Shown here one piece after another: positions 30,275 to 39,973 of a stretch of DNA of 64,000 nucleotides (positions are counted from its first letter, which is position 1; each line of letters begins with the position of its first letter). Made by a program: the position numbers and the translations under genes. The notes below the pieces were generated by a model. That model had not been told where the DNA came from. It saw only the letters and a list, made by a program, of their open reading frames with translations, and did no database searches. Source of the stretch: a virus; IMG/VR virus record IMGVR_UViG_3300016476_001289, one strand, 5' to 3'.

Positions 30275-30337
30275 TTTGTTTCACCTTAAATGTATTATAT
30301 AGTATATATGTATATATAAATAAAAGAGGTGAAGTAT

Positions 30338-32209
30338 ATGTCATTTTCATCAATAGCGATATCTGCTAGTGCTAAAGCAGGTATACAATCTAAAGAAGAT
30401 GCTAATATCATTGAATTTGTAGAAGCCCCCTGGGGTCTAGGTATGACTTTATTTCCTGTTCAAAAAGTTATCCTTAAAGCACACTATGGTCTTGAACTCG
30501 ATGATACTAAGAAATTTAAAATCTCCGATTGGAGAAGAGAGAATTGGAAAGAAGTTACTGAGAAAGAATACCTTAAACATATTTATGACGAAGGTCGGTG
30601 TAATATAGGTGAAGTTGTACCAGGTCATGAAAGAAGAGAAATGGTTTTATCCATCGGCAGAAGATCGGGAAAGACCACAATCTCTGCTTGTATAGCAGCA
30701 TATGAGACCTATAAACTTATTAAGAAAACAGACCCACAAGCATATTATGGTTTACCTGCAAGTAATAATATACAGATCATATCTGTCGCTACAGATAAAG
30801 ACCAAGCAGGGTTGTTATATAATGAGGTGTCAGGTCACTTTAGAAATTGCGCCTTCTTTGGGCCCTATACAGCAAACAACACACAATCGTATGCTCGTTT
30901 CCAAACACCTAAAGATGTAGAAAGATATGGGAGGTATATAGAAGACCCAACAGCCAAAGCGACCTTAAAGGTCACCTTTAGAAGTTGTGTCGCTAAAGGG
31001 CTTCGTGGTGCTGGTAATATTTGCGTTATCATGGATGAGATCGCCCACTTTACCGAAACAGGTCAAAGTGGTGCTGAAGAAGTCTATAATGCTGTTGTTC
31101 CTTCTACTTCTGCTTACTCACCTAAAGACCCCACTGATCGTAGAATCCCTGTTGGTCCTGTGGAAGGTCGTGTTATCTCTATTTCTTCACCTTTAGGTAA
31201 ACAAGGTCTATTCTATAAGTTATTTAATATCGGTATGCAAGGTGGTAAGGCTTCTAGTAATATGTTATGTGTACAAGCACCTACATGGGAAGTAAACCCA
31301 ACTGTTCCTGCAACCGAATTTGAAAAACACTATTTAAAAAACCCTACGGTATTCTTTACAGAATATGGTGGTGAATTTACAGATAGAACTCGTGGGTGGT
31401 TAGAAGATAGTAAAGACTTATATAAGTGTGTTAATCTTAAGAGAACAGTTCAAGAAAGAGGAACACCTAGAAAACCATACTTTATGGGTATAGACTTAGC
31501 TTTAGTAGGTGACGGTACTGCTATTGCTATTGGTCATGTGGAAGAAGATAAGATCGTATTAGATAAGATAGATATGATTAAAGCAGGTGTAGGTAAATTT
31601 AGAGATAAAGAAAGATTGGATTTTGATGATGTAGCCGATTGGGTATTAGACTACACAAAGAAGTTTTATATAACTGAAGGTATATTCGACCAATGGGCAG
31701 GTATACCATTTGAACAAGCCTTAGCTAAAAGAGGGTTAAGTCAAATGAAAACGGTAAATATGACAAAGCAATTAACAAGTCAGATGTTTCAGAACTTTAA
31801 AGATATGATGTGGGATGAGAGATTAGACTTATATGATAAACCTAATCCTGATGTTAATGGACATGAAGCATATTTAGAAGAATTGTTGGAATTACAACAG
31901 ACGGTACATAGTAAGAATTTAATCACCGTAGAAGCACCACAAGCAGATGGAAAGCATGACGATATGAGTGATGCTTTAGTGAGAATGATATGGATAGCGA
32001 GTCAAAATGTAGGGAGTAAGCAAAAGACGATATATACAGCAGGTGGGGGTGGTATGTATAGTCCTAGAAGAGGTGGTGAGATATACTTTGGGAGAACATC
32101 AGGTGCTCAAGGTTCATCGGTGGGGAGAATAGCACCTAAGATACCAACACGAGGTGGGAGTTTAAAAGATGCTATATTAGGTAAAGGTGGATTTGGTAGG
32201 GGTAGATAA
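30338..32209 (+). CDS. terminase large subunit
   Basis: LFPVQK, Walker A GRRSGKTT, VIMDE, ISSP, nuclease GIDLA, FDQW, HDDMSDA; ATG at 30338 after GAGGTGA. Confidence 0.92.
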   Translation: MSFSSIAISASAKAGIQSKEDANIIEFVEAPWGLGMTLFPVQKVILKAHYGLELDDTKKFKISDWRRENWKEVTEKEYLKHIYDEGRCNIGEVVPGHERREMVLSIGRRSGKTTISACIAAYETYKLIKKTDPQAYYGLPASNNIQIISVATDKDQAGLLYNEVSGHFRNCAFFGPYTANNTQSYARFQTPKDVERYGRYIEDPTAKATLKVTFRSCVAKGLRGAGNICVIMDEIAHFTETGQSGAEEVYNAVVPSTSAYSPKDPTDRRIPVGPVEGRVISISSPLGKQGLFYKLFNIGMQGGKASSNMLCVQAPTWEVNPTVPATEFEKHYLKNPTVFFTEYGGEFTDRTRGWLEDSKDLYKCVNLKRTVQERGTPRKPYFMGIDLALVGDGTAIAIGHVEEDKIVLDKIDMIKAGVGKFRDKERLDFDDVADWVLDYTKKFYITEGIFDQWAGIPFEQALAKRGLSQMKTVNMTKQLTSQMFQNFKDMMWDERLDLYDKPNPDVNGHEAYLEELLELQQTVHSKNLITVEAPQADGKHDDMSDALVRMIWIASQNVGSKQKTIYTAGGGGMYSPRRGGEIYFGRTSGAQGSSVGRIAPKIPTRGGSLKDAILGKGGFGRGR

Positions 32210-32259
32210 TTTATCTATTTATTTAGAGTAGATAGTGTGTATTATAAGGAGAAATAAGA

Positions 32260-32517
32260 ATGAAACCAAGAGAATTAGAAACAGCGTATGAGAGAGTAAT
32301 ATCAAGAATATTAGAAATAAGTTATGATGGTAAAAAAGATAACTTAAATCTTATACAAGCGATAGAAAAAATGTATAGTTTAAAGGGAGGATCATGGGCA
32401 AAATTCTTTAGAGGGGATTCAGCTCATGCTTCATTATTAAAACAATGTGCTAAGAAATTAGTTAAAGCAGAAGAGGAAATAAATGACAGAAGAAGAAAAG
32501 CCCAAAACGGTGAGTAA
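32260..32517 (+). CDS. hypothetical protein
   Basis: 85 aa, AAGGAG SD, between terminase and portal. Confidence 0.65.
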   Translation: MKPRELETAYERVISRILEISYDGKKDNLNLIQAIEKMYSLKGGSWAKFFRGDSAHASLLKQCAKKLVKAEEEINDRRRKAQNGE

Positions 32518-34387
32518 GATAACTACTAAGTCTAAGGCTAAAGTAAAACCTGTAAGAAAATTATCTGCTTCTGAAATGAAGTCTAGGGTTAAAGTAGCTA
32601 TGTCATCAGGACCTATGTTAGGTGGTGGTGGTAATTTTTACTCACCTGAACTTTCTACTGACTTTCTCGAATTACCTCAATCACTAGATGAACAAAGGAA
32701 CTTTTATAGGTTCTTTTATAGAACAGATCCCTTTGTGGGACAAGCGATTGACTTACATACAGAATTACCTTTATCTAAAATTCGTTTAGGTATGCCTGTG
32801 GCTAAGAATAAAGACTTAGCTAGAAAAGCATTAAACTTTTGTGAAAAATGGGCTAAGAAAGTAGGGTTGCTTCATAGACTTATTGAAATTATTCATGAAT
32901 ATAACTTACTAGGTGAAGTGTTTGTATTTTGTGAAGATAACAACCCAGATATGCCTAAAGAAGTAACACATTATAGGGTGACTAAGAAATTAAAGAAAAA
33001 GAGTGCAGATGAAAAGAAGCCTAAAGAAGAAGCTAAAGTAGAAGTTAAAAAAGTAGAAATTACACCTGCACCTAAGACTAAAGAAGAAGCACCTAAATCA
33101 AAAGATAAAAAAGTAGAAGTTAGTAAACCTAAAAAAGAAGAACCTAAACCAAAAGAAGAAGATGAAGATATTAGATTAACACCTGATGAAGTAGATGAAC
33201 CTGAAGAAGATCTATATGAAGAAGTAGAAGAATATTGGAAAGAAAAAGAAAATGCTCATGAAGAAGCATATGCTTGGTTGAAGAAAAATTATAAAGGTTG
33301 GACTGCTGTAAGAATACTTCCACCTGAACAAGTACATATGGAAGTATTCCCTTTTACTGATGAGAAGATTATAGAACTTATTCCTGATAGTAAGACAAGA
33401 GATGTAGTAGAAAGAGCGAGTTTAGATGACCCTAATGCTTTAAGAGTAGCTCAATCTATGCCACCTGATGTTGTAGAAGCTATTAGAGAAGGTAGGAACA
33501 TTCCATTAAATACAGACCCCGAATCCGGTTCATTTGTATTCTTTATGGCGAGAAAGAAATCTCAATATGAGCCAAGAGGACACAGTATCCTAGAACGATG
33601 TCTTCGTATTCTTATCTTTAGAGATAAATTAAGACAGGCACAAACATCTATTGCTTCAAGACACATGACACCTATAAGATTAGTATATGCTGAAGATATG
33701 GATGCTATGGATGTTGAGTCTTTAAGAGATCAAGTAGACTTGGCTTTATCTGATCCTGACTATTCTATTATTTCAAATTTCCAAGTGAATTGGGAAGAGA
33801 TGGGTGCAGATAGTCGTTTATTAGATTTGTCATCTGAGTATGATATGACAGATAGACAGATGTATGCAGGTTTAGGTGTAACAGAATCCTTATTAAGTGG
33901 TGAGAGTGCATATAGTGGTGATAGAATACATCTTGAAGTAATTAACACTCGTTATATGTTAATGAGAGAAATATTACAGGAGATGGTGGAAGAGAATATG
34001 CTTAAACCTATGTGTAAGAGAATGGGATTTATAGAAGAAGATGAAGATGGTGAAGAGAGAGTAGTCCACCCCACATTAACCTTTACTCGTTTAGGGTTAA
34101 GAGATAATCAAGATACCTTTGATGCTCTATTTAACTTATATCAAAAGGGATCTTTGGATGTAGGTGTGATATTAGAGTTATTGAATATAGACCCTGAATT
34201 AACAAAAGCTAAATTGGCACAAGATGCTTTCACCTTAAATGATAGTACATTTAATGAAGTGTTGAGAGGTATATATTCTGCAGCAGGTAATAGTTTAGCT
34301 GAGAATAGTGATGCTGTGGAAAAGATAGCAAAACATTTAGGATTGAAATATGCTAAACCTGCAGCAGATGGTGGTGGTAGATTCTAA
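32483..34387 (+). CDS. portal protein
   Basis: Position after terminase; FYRTDPFVGQAIDLH, GHSILERC, GLGVTESLLSG portal-like helices; K/E/P-rich insertion. Confidence 0.8.
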   Translation: MTEEEKPKTVSKITTKSKAKVKPVRKLSASEMKSRVKVAMSSGPMLGGGGNFYSPELSTDFLELPQSLDEQRNFYRFFYRTDPFVGQAIDLHTELPLSKIRLGMPVAKNKDLARKALNFCEKWAKKVGLLHRLIEIIHEYNLLGEVFVFCEDNNPDMPKEVTHYRVTKKLKKKSADEKKPKEEAKVEVKKVEITPAPKTKEEAPKSKDKKVEVSKPKKEEPKPKEEDEDIRLTPDEVDEPEEDLYEEVEEYWKEKENAHEEAYAWLKKNYKGWTAVRILPPEQVHMEVFPFTDEKIIELIPDSKTRDVVERASLDDPNALRVAQSMPPDVVEAIREGRNIPLNTDPESGSFVFFMARKKSQYEPRGHSILERCLRILIFRDKLRQAQTSIASRHMTPIRLVYAEDMDAMDVESLRDQVDLALSDPDYSIISNFQVNWEEMGADSRLLDLSSEYDMTDRQMYAGLGVTESLLSGESAYSGDRIHLEVINTRYMLMREILQEMVEENMLKPMCKRMGFIEEDEDGEERVVHPTLTFTRLGLRDNQDTFDALFNLYQKGSLDVGVILELLNIDPELTKAKLAQDAFTLNDSTFNEVLRGIYSAAGNSLAENSDAVEKIAKHLGLKYAKPAADGGGRF

Positions 34388-34445
34388 TATTAAATAACTC
34401 TTTTATATATTTAGGTATTATGTAATATATAAAGGAGATGAAAAT

Positions 34446-34793
34446 ATGATGTTTCGTAGAGCAATGGTAAGAAGAATCGCACAACAATTTGCTAATACTT
34501 TTTATAGTGAAATAGATAAGGTGGCGAATAGCAAATTAGCTAAGATGGGATTTGTTATGGTAGTGTTAAAGCATAAGGGTGAAGATGCTGCACTAGACTT
34601 GTTAGAATATCTTACTAAACAGGAAGCAGACACAGATACTCTTACTAAATATTCTAAAACACCTGCACTTGTTAAACTTGTAAATTTAATAGACTCATCT
34701 TTAGAGTATCAAGAATTTGTAAGATATGTAGGTGAAAAGATATTTAATGTAGATGAATTAAGAAATGCTACTGAAATTGCCCTTAAAGATTAG
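34446..34793 (+). CDS. hypothetical, probable head protein
   Basis: Leader MFRRAMVRRIAQQFA; AAGGAG SD. Confidence 0.6.
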   Translation: MMFRRAMVRRIAQQFANTFYSEIDKVANSKLAKMGFVMVVLKHKGEDAALDLLEYLTKQEADTDTLTKYSKTPALVKLVNLIDSSLEYQEFVRYVGEKIFNVDELRNATEIALKD

Positions 34794-35102
34794 TTACCTA
34801 TAAAAATCTTTATTACCTTCGACCCATAGGGAATGAATAATACTTTTAAGACACTCTAAATTATCAGGTCTTATATAATGAGTCTCAGTATATCCTCTTA
34901 AACTTAAAGTAATTTTGTAGCTAAGATCAGGTGAACCATTATCTAAAAAACCACGATATAAAACACTTGCCTTTAAAAGATGATTAAAACTGAAAGCGAA
35001 TAAAGGGTATTCTAAAATCCTATCTCTCTCTAAATGTGGGATAGGCATTAAATTTTCAGATTCTAAAACAAAACCTAAATCTAAAAATATGTTTTTGATC
35101 AT
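34794..35102 (-). CDS. hypothetical protein
   Basis: 102 aa, AGGAGG SD on the minus strand. Confidence 0.65.
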   Translation of the reverse strand: MIKNIFLDLGFVLESENLMPIPHLERDRILEYPLFAFSFNHLLKASVLYRGFLDNGSPDLSYKITLSLRGYTETHYIRPDNLECLKSIIHSLWVEGNKDFYR

Positions 35103-35169
35103 ATTCCTCCTATGAAAAAAGTAATCTTCATGTTATATACTATACTTAAACTTCAAAGGATTTTTTTAA

Positions 35170-35235
35170 ATGTTAAACACTATTATTTGTCTTATGCTAT
35201 TTTGCTTTCTTGTGTATATACATACAAAGCTATAA
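35170..35235 (+). CDS. putative 21-aa hydrophobic peptide
   Basis: AAAGGA SD; MLNTIICLMLFCFLVYIHTKL; TATACT upstream. Confidence 0.4.
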   Translation: MLNTIICLMLFCFLVYIHTKL

Positions 35236-35289
35236 AATATTTATATCTCACCTTATCTTTATAAGTCTAAAATATAAAGGTGTATATAT

Positions 35290-35958
35290 ATGAGATATAG
35301 GTTTGCTAATCTAAATCACCAAGAGTCTGAAAAAGACCTTGATCTACTTCCTATTATGAATCCTCTCTTTAATATGAGAGAGATTTGTAAACAAATGGTT
35401 CTCTTAGAAGACCACTTAAATAACTTTCGTAAAAGATGTCACGATTGTATTAGAAAACATTTTCTCACTATTGAAGCTTTCTTTGAAGAAGCTATATCTT
35501 TAGATAAAGATTTAAAGTATCTAGATATTCTTGAAGGTCAAGCACAAAATATAAGAAACCTTCAAGGTGTATGGTTAAGATTTAAAGAAGATAAAGACAG
35601 TAAAGGTTATTATCTAATTTCTCAGAAGTTAAGAGATATTAGAAAAGAATTAACACCTTATTGTTTTGATGTCGTAGAAATGGATACAAGTCCCTTTAAT
35701 AAGAAGTTTGCTTGTTCTTTAGCGACCTGTCCGCATAGAGTAGCGAAATTGTATTTAGCTACTAAATCTGTCACTCAAAAAGAAGATGATCAAGTAGCAT
35801 CTATGGTAAAACCCAACCCTAAAAAGAAACCACCAAGAAAAGACTTGAAAAAAACAAGAATCTCTGTTGATGATAGAGATATAGAAGATTTGTCAGGTGA
35901 TGGGGATAGAGATTTATCTTTACATAATACTAAGGTGGGTTCTCGCTATCGTTTTTAA
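35290..35958 (+). CDS. hypothetical, probable head protein
   Basis: 222 aa; H..CHDCIRKH possible metal site; RFAN, KFAC, RVAK motifs. Confidence 0.6.
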   Translation: MRYRFANLNHQESEKDLDLLPIMNPLFNMREICKQMVLLEDHLNNFRKRCHDCIRKHFLTIEAFFEEAISLDKDLKYLDILEGQAQNIRNLQGVWLRFKEDKDSKGYYLISQKLRDIRKELTPYCFDVVEMDTSPFNKKFACSLATCPHRVAKLYLATKSVTQKEDDQVASMVKPNPKKKPPRKDLKKTRISVDDRDIEDLSGDGDRDLSLHNTKVGSRYRF

Positions 35959-36006
35959 TAATTTATATTCCCTATCTTATTAAATACTCTTAAAGGGATA
36001 ATAGAA

Positions 36007-37911
36007 ATGAATTTAGTAGATCGTATTATAAAGAGACATATTGAGAAGTTAGCTTTCTCAATTACTAAAGTTAAAGATGTCTTAAAAGATAAAAAATATA
36101 GAGATGATAAATCAGGCAGACAAATTGCTTTCTCAACAGCTTATAGTAGAGGCAATGAAAAAGCCGTTGCGGACTTTAAAGAAATTAATAGTCAATTAAA
36201 AAAAGAAGAGAAAAAACCAACTGAAAAAAATAAAAAAATCACAAATAAAGTTAAGGTGGAAGATTTACCTAAACTTGATGAGAAATCTATTAAATCTATT
36301 AAATCTATGGATTCCTGGATGAATCAAAAAAAACAAAAGCAACTCCAAAATATCAAGAACACACAAAAAGAAATTCAAGAGATAAAAGAAAACCCATCTA
36401 TTAACAAAAACCAAAAGAAAAAAAAGATTAAAGATTTAAATGAGAAAATTAAAACTGAGAGTGCTATTTCTTATAGCCCTTTAGATAGAGATGGCGTGGA
36501 AGCTTTAGGTAAAATTTTAAAAGGCACTGAACTTAGTGCCTTATTACCTAAAGATAATTTTAATGACTTTATGTCTAGTCTCGTTAAAAGAAATACTGAA
36601 CTAGGTGATAAATTTAAAAAGATGAATTCCAAAGAAGCTCTTGACACCCTTAAAATGATGAAGGGTGAAAAAATAGAAAAAACTAAAAAGAAAAATGATG
36701 ATGATTATTGGGGGAATGGGTTTGATGATGATGATTCGGATGATGATTTTGTTAGTAAGTCCGATTTTAGACCCGTGTCTAATATTGTTAAAGATATTAA
36801 ATCTCTTAAAGATAAAACAGATAAAGATAGTGAAGCTAAATTAGGTGAACTATCTAATGAATTAGCAGAGTCTTTAAGTATAGAATACACTTTAGATAAT
36901 GTTATTTTAAACCCTACTGCAGGATTACCTAAATTTAAAAACACTAAAATGATGACACCTAAAGCTATGTCTAAATTATATAAAGACCAACAGGACAGAT
37001 ATGGGTCTTTACCCATAAAAGAAAGAAATATTATGATGAAGAAACTTGAGAAGAAATTAGAATCTGCTCAAGGTGCTCAAAAAACAATTCTTGAAAAAGC
37101 TATGGATGCTGCTGTTACGGATGTCTTTATGACTGCCCTTAGTGATCCCGATAGTAAAGAAAACAAATTACCTAAAAATAGAGTAGTTACTGACCCAAAA
37201 CTTATGTATTTAGCAGATAAATTTGGTCGTAATGATTTTGTAGAGAAAGTAGCAGAATTAACTCGATCCTCAGATGCTAATGTACATAGAGATGTTACTT
37301 CTTCCATGATGCATAGTTTATCAGATGACCAATTCAAAGAAATGATAGGTGAAGATAATCCTATGTTTAGACCTTTCTTGGAATTACTCGAACCTGATTA
37401 TTGTCCAGTACACCCTCAAAATGAAAGATCAGGTAATAATGTCGATGATGAAGAATGTTCTGTAAGATTCACCGAAAAAGAAAGACATGATATAAAACAG
37501 AAAGTTATAAATATGTATCAAGATACCACTTTCTTTATTGCAGGTGGTTTAAATTTAGATGAGTATGGGGATGAAACGGATGTTAAAACATATAATGAAA
37601 GATATGATAAAGCTAAAGTTAGCATAGAAAAAAAGGTTAATTCATCCTCTAAAATCAAATCAAAAATTAAAGATGTTGTTGAAGGTATTACCAATAAAGA
37701 CTTACAAGATGTTCTAACAGAACAAGAAGCTAAAAAAATAGAACAAGAAATGAGAAAAGAAATCACCCAAGAACATATAGAAACATTTGGATCTATTACT
37801 GCAGGTTTGGCTAAATTATTAAGTGATAGAAGAACTGCTACCAATAACCAAAAATTAGAATGGGTGGAAAGTGCTTTTGAAACTATTCCTGGTTTCCCTG
37901 CTTTAAAGTAA
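36007..37911 (+). CDS. Lys-rich hypothetical, probable head protein
   Basis: 634 aa in the head module; leader ending KLAF. Confidence 0.6.
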   Translation: MNLVDRIIKRHIEKLAFSITKVKDVLKDKKYRDDKSGRQIAFSTAYSRGNEKAVADFKEINSQLKKEEKKPTEKNKKITNKVKVEDLPKLDEKSIKSIKSMDSWMNQKKQKQLQNIKNTQKEIQEIKENPSINKNQKKKKIKDLNEKIKTESAISYSPLDRDGVEALGKILKGTELSALLPKDNFNDFMSSLVKRNTELGDKFKKMNSKEALDTLKMMKGEKIEKTKKKNDDDYWGNGFDDDDSDDDFVSKSDFRPVSNIVKDIKSLKDKTDKDSEAKLGELSNELAESLSIEYTLDNVILNPTAGLPKFKNTKMMTPKAMSKLYKDQQDRYGSLPIKERNIMMKKLEKKLESAQGAQKTILEKAMDAAVTDVFMTALSDPDSKENKLPKNRVVTDPKLMYLADKFGRNDFVEKVAELTRSSDANVHRDVTSSMMHSLSDDQFKEMIGEDNPMFRPFLELLEPDYCPVHPQNERSGNNVDDEECSVRFTEKERHDIKQKVINMYQDTTFFIAGGLNLDEYGDETDVKTYNERYDKAKVSIEKKVNSSSKIKSKIKDVVEGITNKDLQDVLTEQEAKKIEQEMRKEITQEHIETFGSITAGLAKLLSDRRTATNNQKLEWVESAFETIPGFPALK

Positions 37912-37967
37912 TTAGTTTTTTAATATTCTCTTTATATGTATATGCTATAAATTTTAAGGGGCTATAT

Positions 37968-38462
37968 ATGTATAGAAAATCTACAACTATACCTAATTAT
38001 CAAACACTTGCTAGGTCTTTTAAACCTGGTATGAAGGTCTTCCCATTTTATGGTGGCTCTTCTGATAAGGCTGGTACTGTCTTAGCTGTATTCCCTGCTA
38101 TCGGTATGGTGGATGTCCAATTCCCTCACGGTAGCTCTCGTTATCCTGTAGAAGATTTAGTAATAAATACTGATGCAGATATTAAACCACTAAAAACAGA
38201 TTCTGTACCTGGTGGTCTTTCTACTATTCCTGTTAGCTCAGGACCTAGTATGTCCAAAAAAGCAATTTATTGGGCAGATAAAGACCGTAAGTATAGAATG
38301 TGTAAAAAAGAAGCTCACCCTTCTTGTCCTAGATGTCCCGATTCCGTCTCCCTTAAAAAAGTTATTTATAAACGAAACGAAGGAAGATCGGAAAGACTAC
38401 TCTGCTGTCCAGATTGTCTCTTTCTCATTAAAACCTCTGACATCTTAGGTTTTAACCTTTAA
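37968..38462 (+). CDS. protein with C-terminal zinc ribbon
   Basis: CPRC...CPDC; SH3-like N-terminal part. Confidence 0.6.
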   Translation: MYRKSTTIPNYQTLARSFKPGMKVFPFYGGSSDKAGTVLAVFPAIGMVDVQFPHGSSRYPVEDLVINTDADIKPLKTDSVPGGLSTIPVSSGPSMSKKAIYWADKDRKYRMCKKEAHPSCPRCPDSVSLKKVIYKRNEGRSERLLCCPDCLFLIKTSDILGFNL

Positions 38463-38486
38463 CACCCCTAGAAGGAGATACGAATC

Positions 38487-39956
38487 ATGGCTTTTTTACG
38501 ATATGCAAGATCTAATGTAGTCAAACCCAAAATTTATGCAAATGAATGGGACAAAATAAGAGTAGCTTCTGCCGTTAAACGAATGGACTATTCTCTCAAA
38601 GAACAAGCTGAAAGAATTCTTGGCGAACCTTTCTCTCCTGATAAATATCTATTAACTCATTCTACTATTGTATGTTCAGTAGATGCTGTTAATGGTTATG
38701 ATACCGCTTTAGGTGAAGTCACCTATGATGGAGAAAAGATTAATCGTAGATATAAAGATTATGCTGTAACAACAGAAACAGATCAATTTATAAATAATAA
38801 TATGGATTGTTGGTCTAGGGGTGTTATTGAAAAATCTTATAAGTCTTTTATTGGTGCTCATAATTTTGTTGAACATATTCAAGTAGAAGAATTATCTAAA
38901 GGTAAAATTATTGATGCTGTTCTTAGAGATGTTGGTGAGTCTTTGTATGTAGATATATTAGTAGCTACTAATAAGAAACATACAGAACTTGTAGAACAAA
39001 TCATGTCAGGGCAAATGAATGCCATGAGCATGGGCTGTAGTGTCGATTTCACCGTCTGCACTAAATGTGGGAATGTAGCTGCGGATGAAACAGAAATGTG
39101 TCGCCATGTTAAATATGAAAAAGGTAATGTGTTTTATGATGAAAAAGGTCAACCTCATAGAGTAGCTGAACTTTGTGGTCATGAAACTGAAAATCCTAAT
39201 GGGGCTGTCACATTTATTGAAGCATCATGGGTAGCTACACCTGCATTTAAAGGTGCTGTTGCTCGTAATGTACTCGAAGTACCCACCCCTTTCACCGATA
39301 AACTTGCTAAAGAAGAAGTGATTAGTAAAAAAGCCCACCAAGTATATGCTTTGACTAACGACAAATTAGCAGGTCCTTTTGACGATATGGATTTTGGTGG
39401 TGGGGGTGGTGATGCTGGTGGTGGCGATGCAGCAGGGGGTGGTGATGCTAAACCTGCAGCACCTGCACAACCATCTCCTTTTGATGATCTTCAAAAAGAA
39501 CTTCAAACCTTTTTAGTTGATAAAATCAAGAATAAACTCATTGAAGAATTTGAATTTAAACTTGATAAGAAAAAAAAAGATAGTGAATTGGATATGACTA
39601 AATCATCTGTCCATGAAAATGATACTATCATTCGTGAAGCTAAAAAGATTGCTAGTCAAAAGAAAATCTCTAAAGTAGTTAAAGAATACACTCATGCTTT
39701 AGATGTTGCTATTAAAGTAGCTAAGTCTGATATAGATGCCGTTAAAAACATTGCTTATGTTAATGAAAACTTTGGTATTGAATTACCAAGTCATTTGTAT
39801 AAGTTAGCCTGTAAATTAGGTTCAGCTAAACAATATGGTTCATTAGACACTTTTTTAATTGTAGCTAATGAATATTCAAATAGACCTTTAAGAGATAATG
39901 AGAAGATGATTCTTATTAAATTCGCTAAATTACTTTCCTCTAAAAAAACAAAGTAA
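38487..39956 (+). CDS. prohead maturation protease with Cys/His insertion
   Basis: NFVEH, KGKIIDA, MSMGC, CTKCG..C.H, FIEASWVATPAF; located upstream of scaffold and capsid genes. Confidence 0.75.
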   Translation: MAFLRYARSNVVKPKIYANEWDKIRVASAVKRMDYSLKEQAERILGEPFSPDKYLLTHSTIVCSVDAVNGYDTALGEVTYDGEKINRRYKDYAVTTETDQFINNNMDCWSRGVIEKSYKSFIGAHNFVEHIQVEELSKGKIIDAVLRDVGESLYVDILVATNKKHTELVEQIMSGQMNAMSMGCSVDFTVCTKCGNVAADETEMCRHVKYEKGNVFYDEKGQPHRVAELCGHETENPNGAVTFIEASWVATPAFKGAVARNVLEVPTPFTDKLAKEEVISKKAHQVYALTNDKLAGPFDDMDFGGGGGDAGGGDAAGGGDAKPAAPAQPSPFDDLQKELQTFLVDKIKNKLIEEFEFKLDKKKKDSELDMTKSSVHENDTIIREAKKIASQKKISKVVKEYTHALDVAIKVAKSDIDAVKNIAYVNENFGIELPSHLYKLACKLGSAKQYGSLDTFLIVANEYSNRPLRDNEKMILIKFAKLLSSKKTK

Positions 39957-39973
39957 AACATAGGAGAAGAACG

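Noticed and set aside
32960-33260. Intein in the portal
   Set aside because: Low-complexity sequence without Cys/Ser start or terminal Asn blocks
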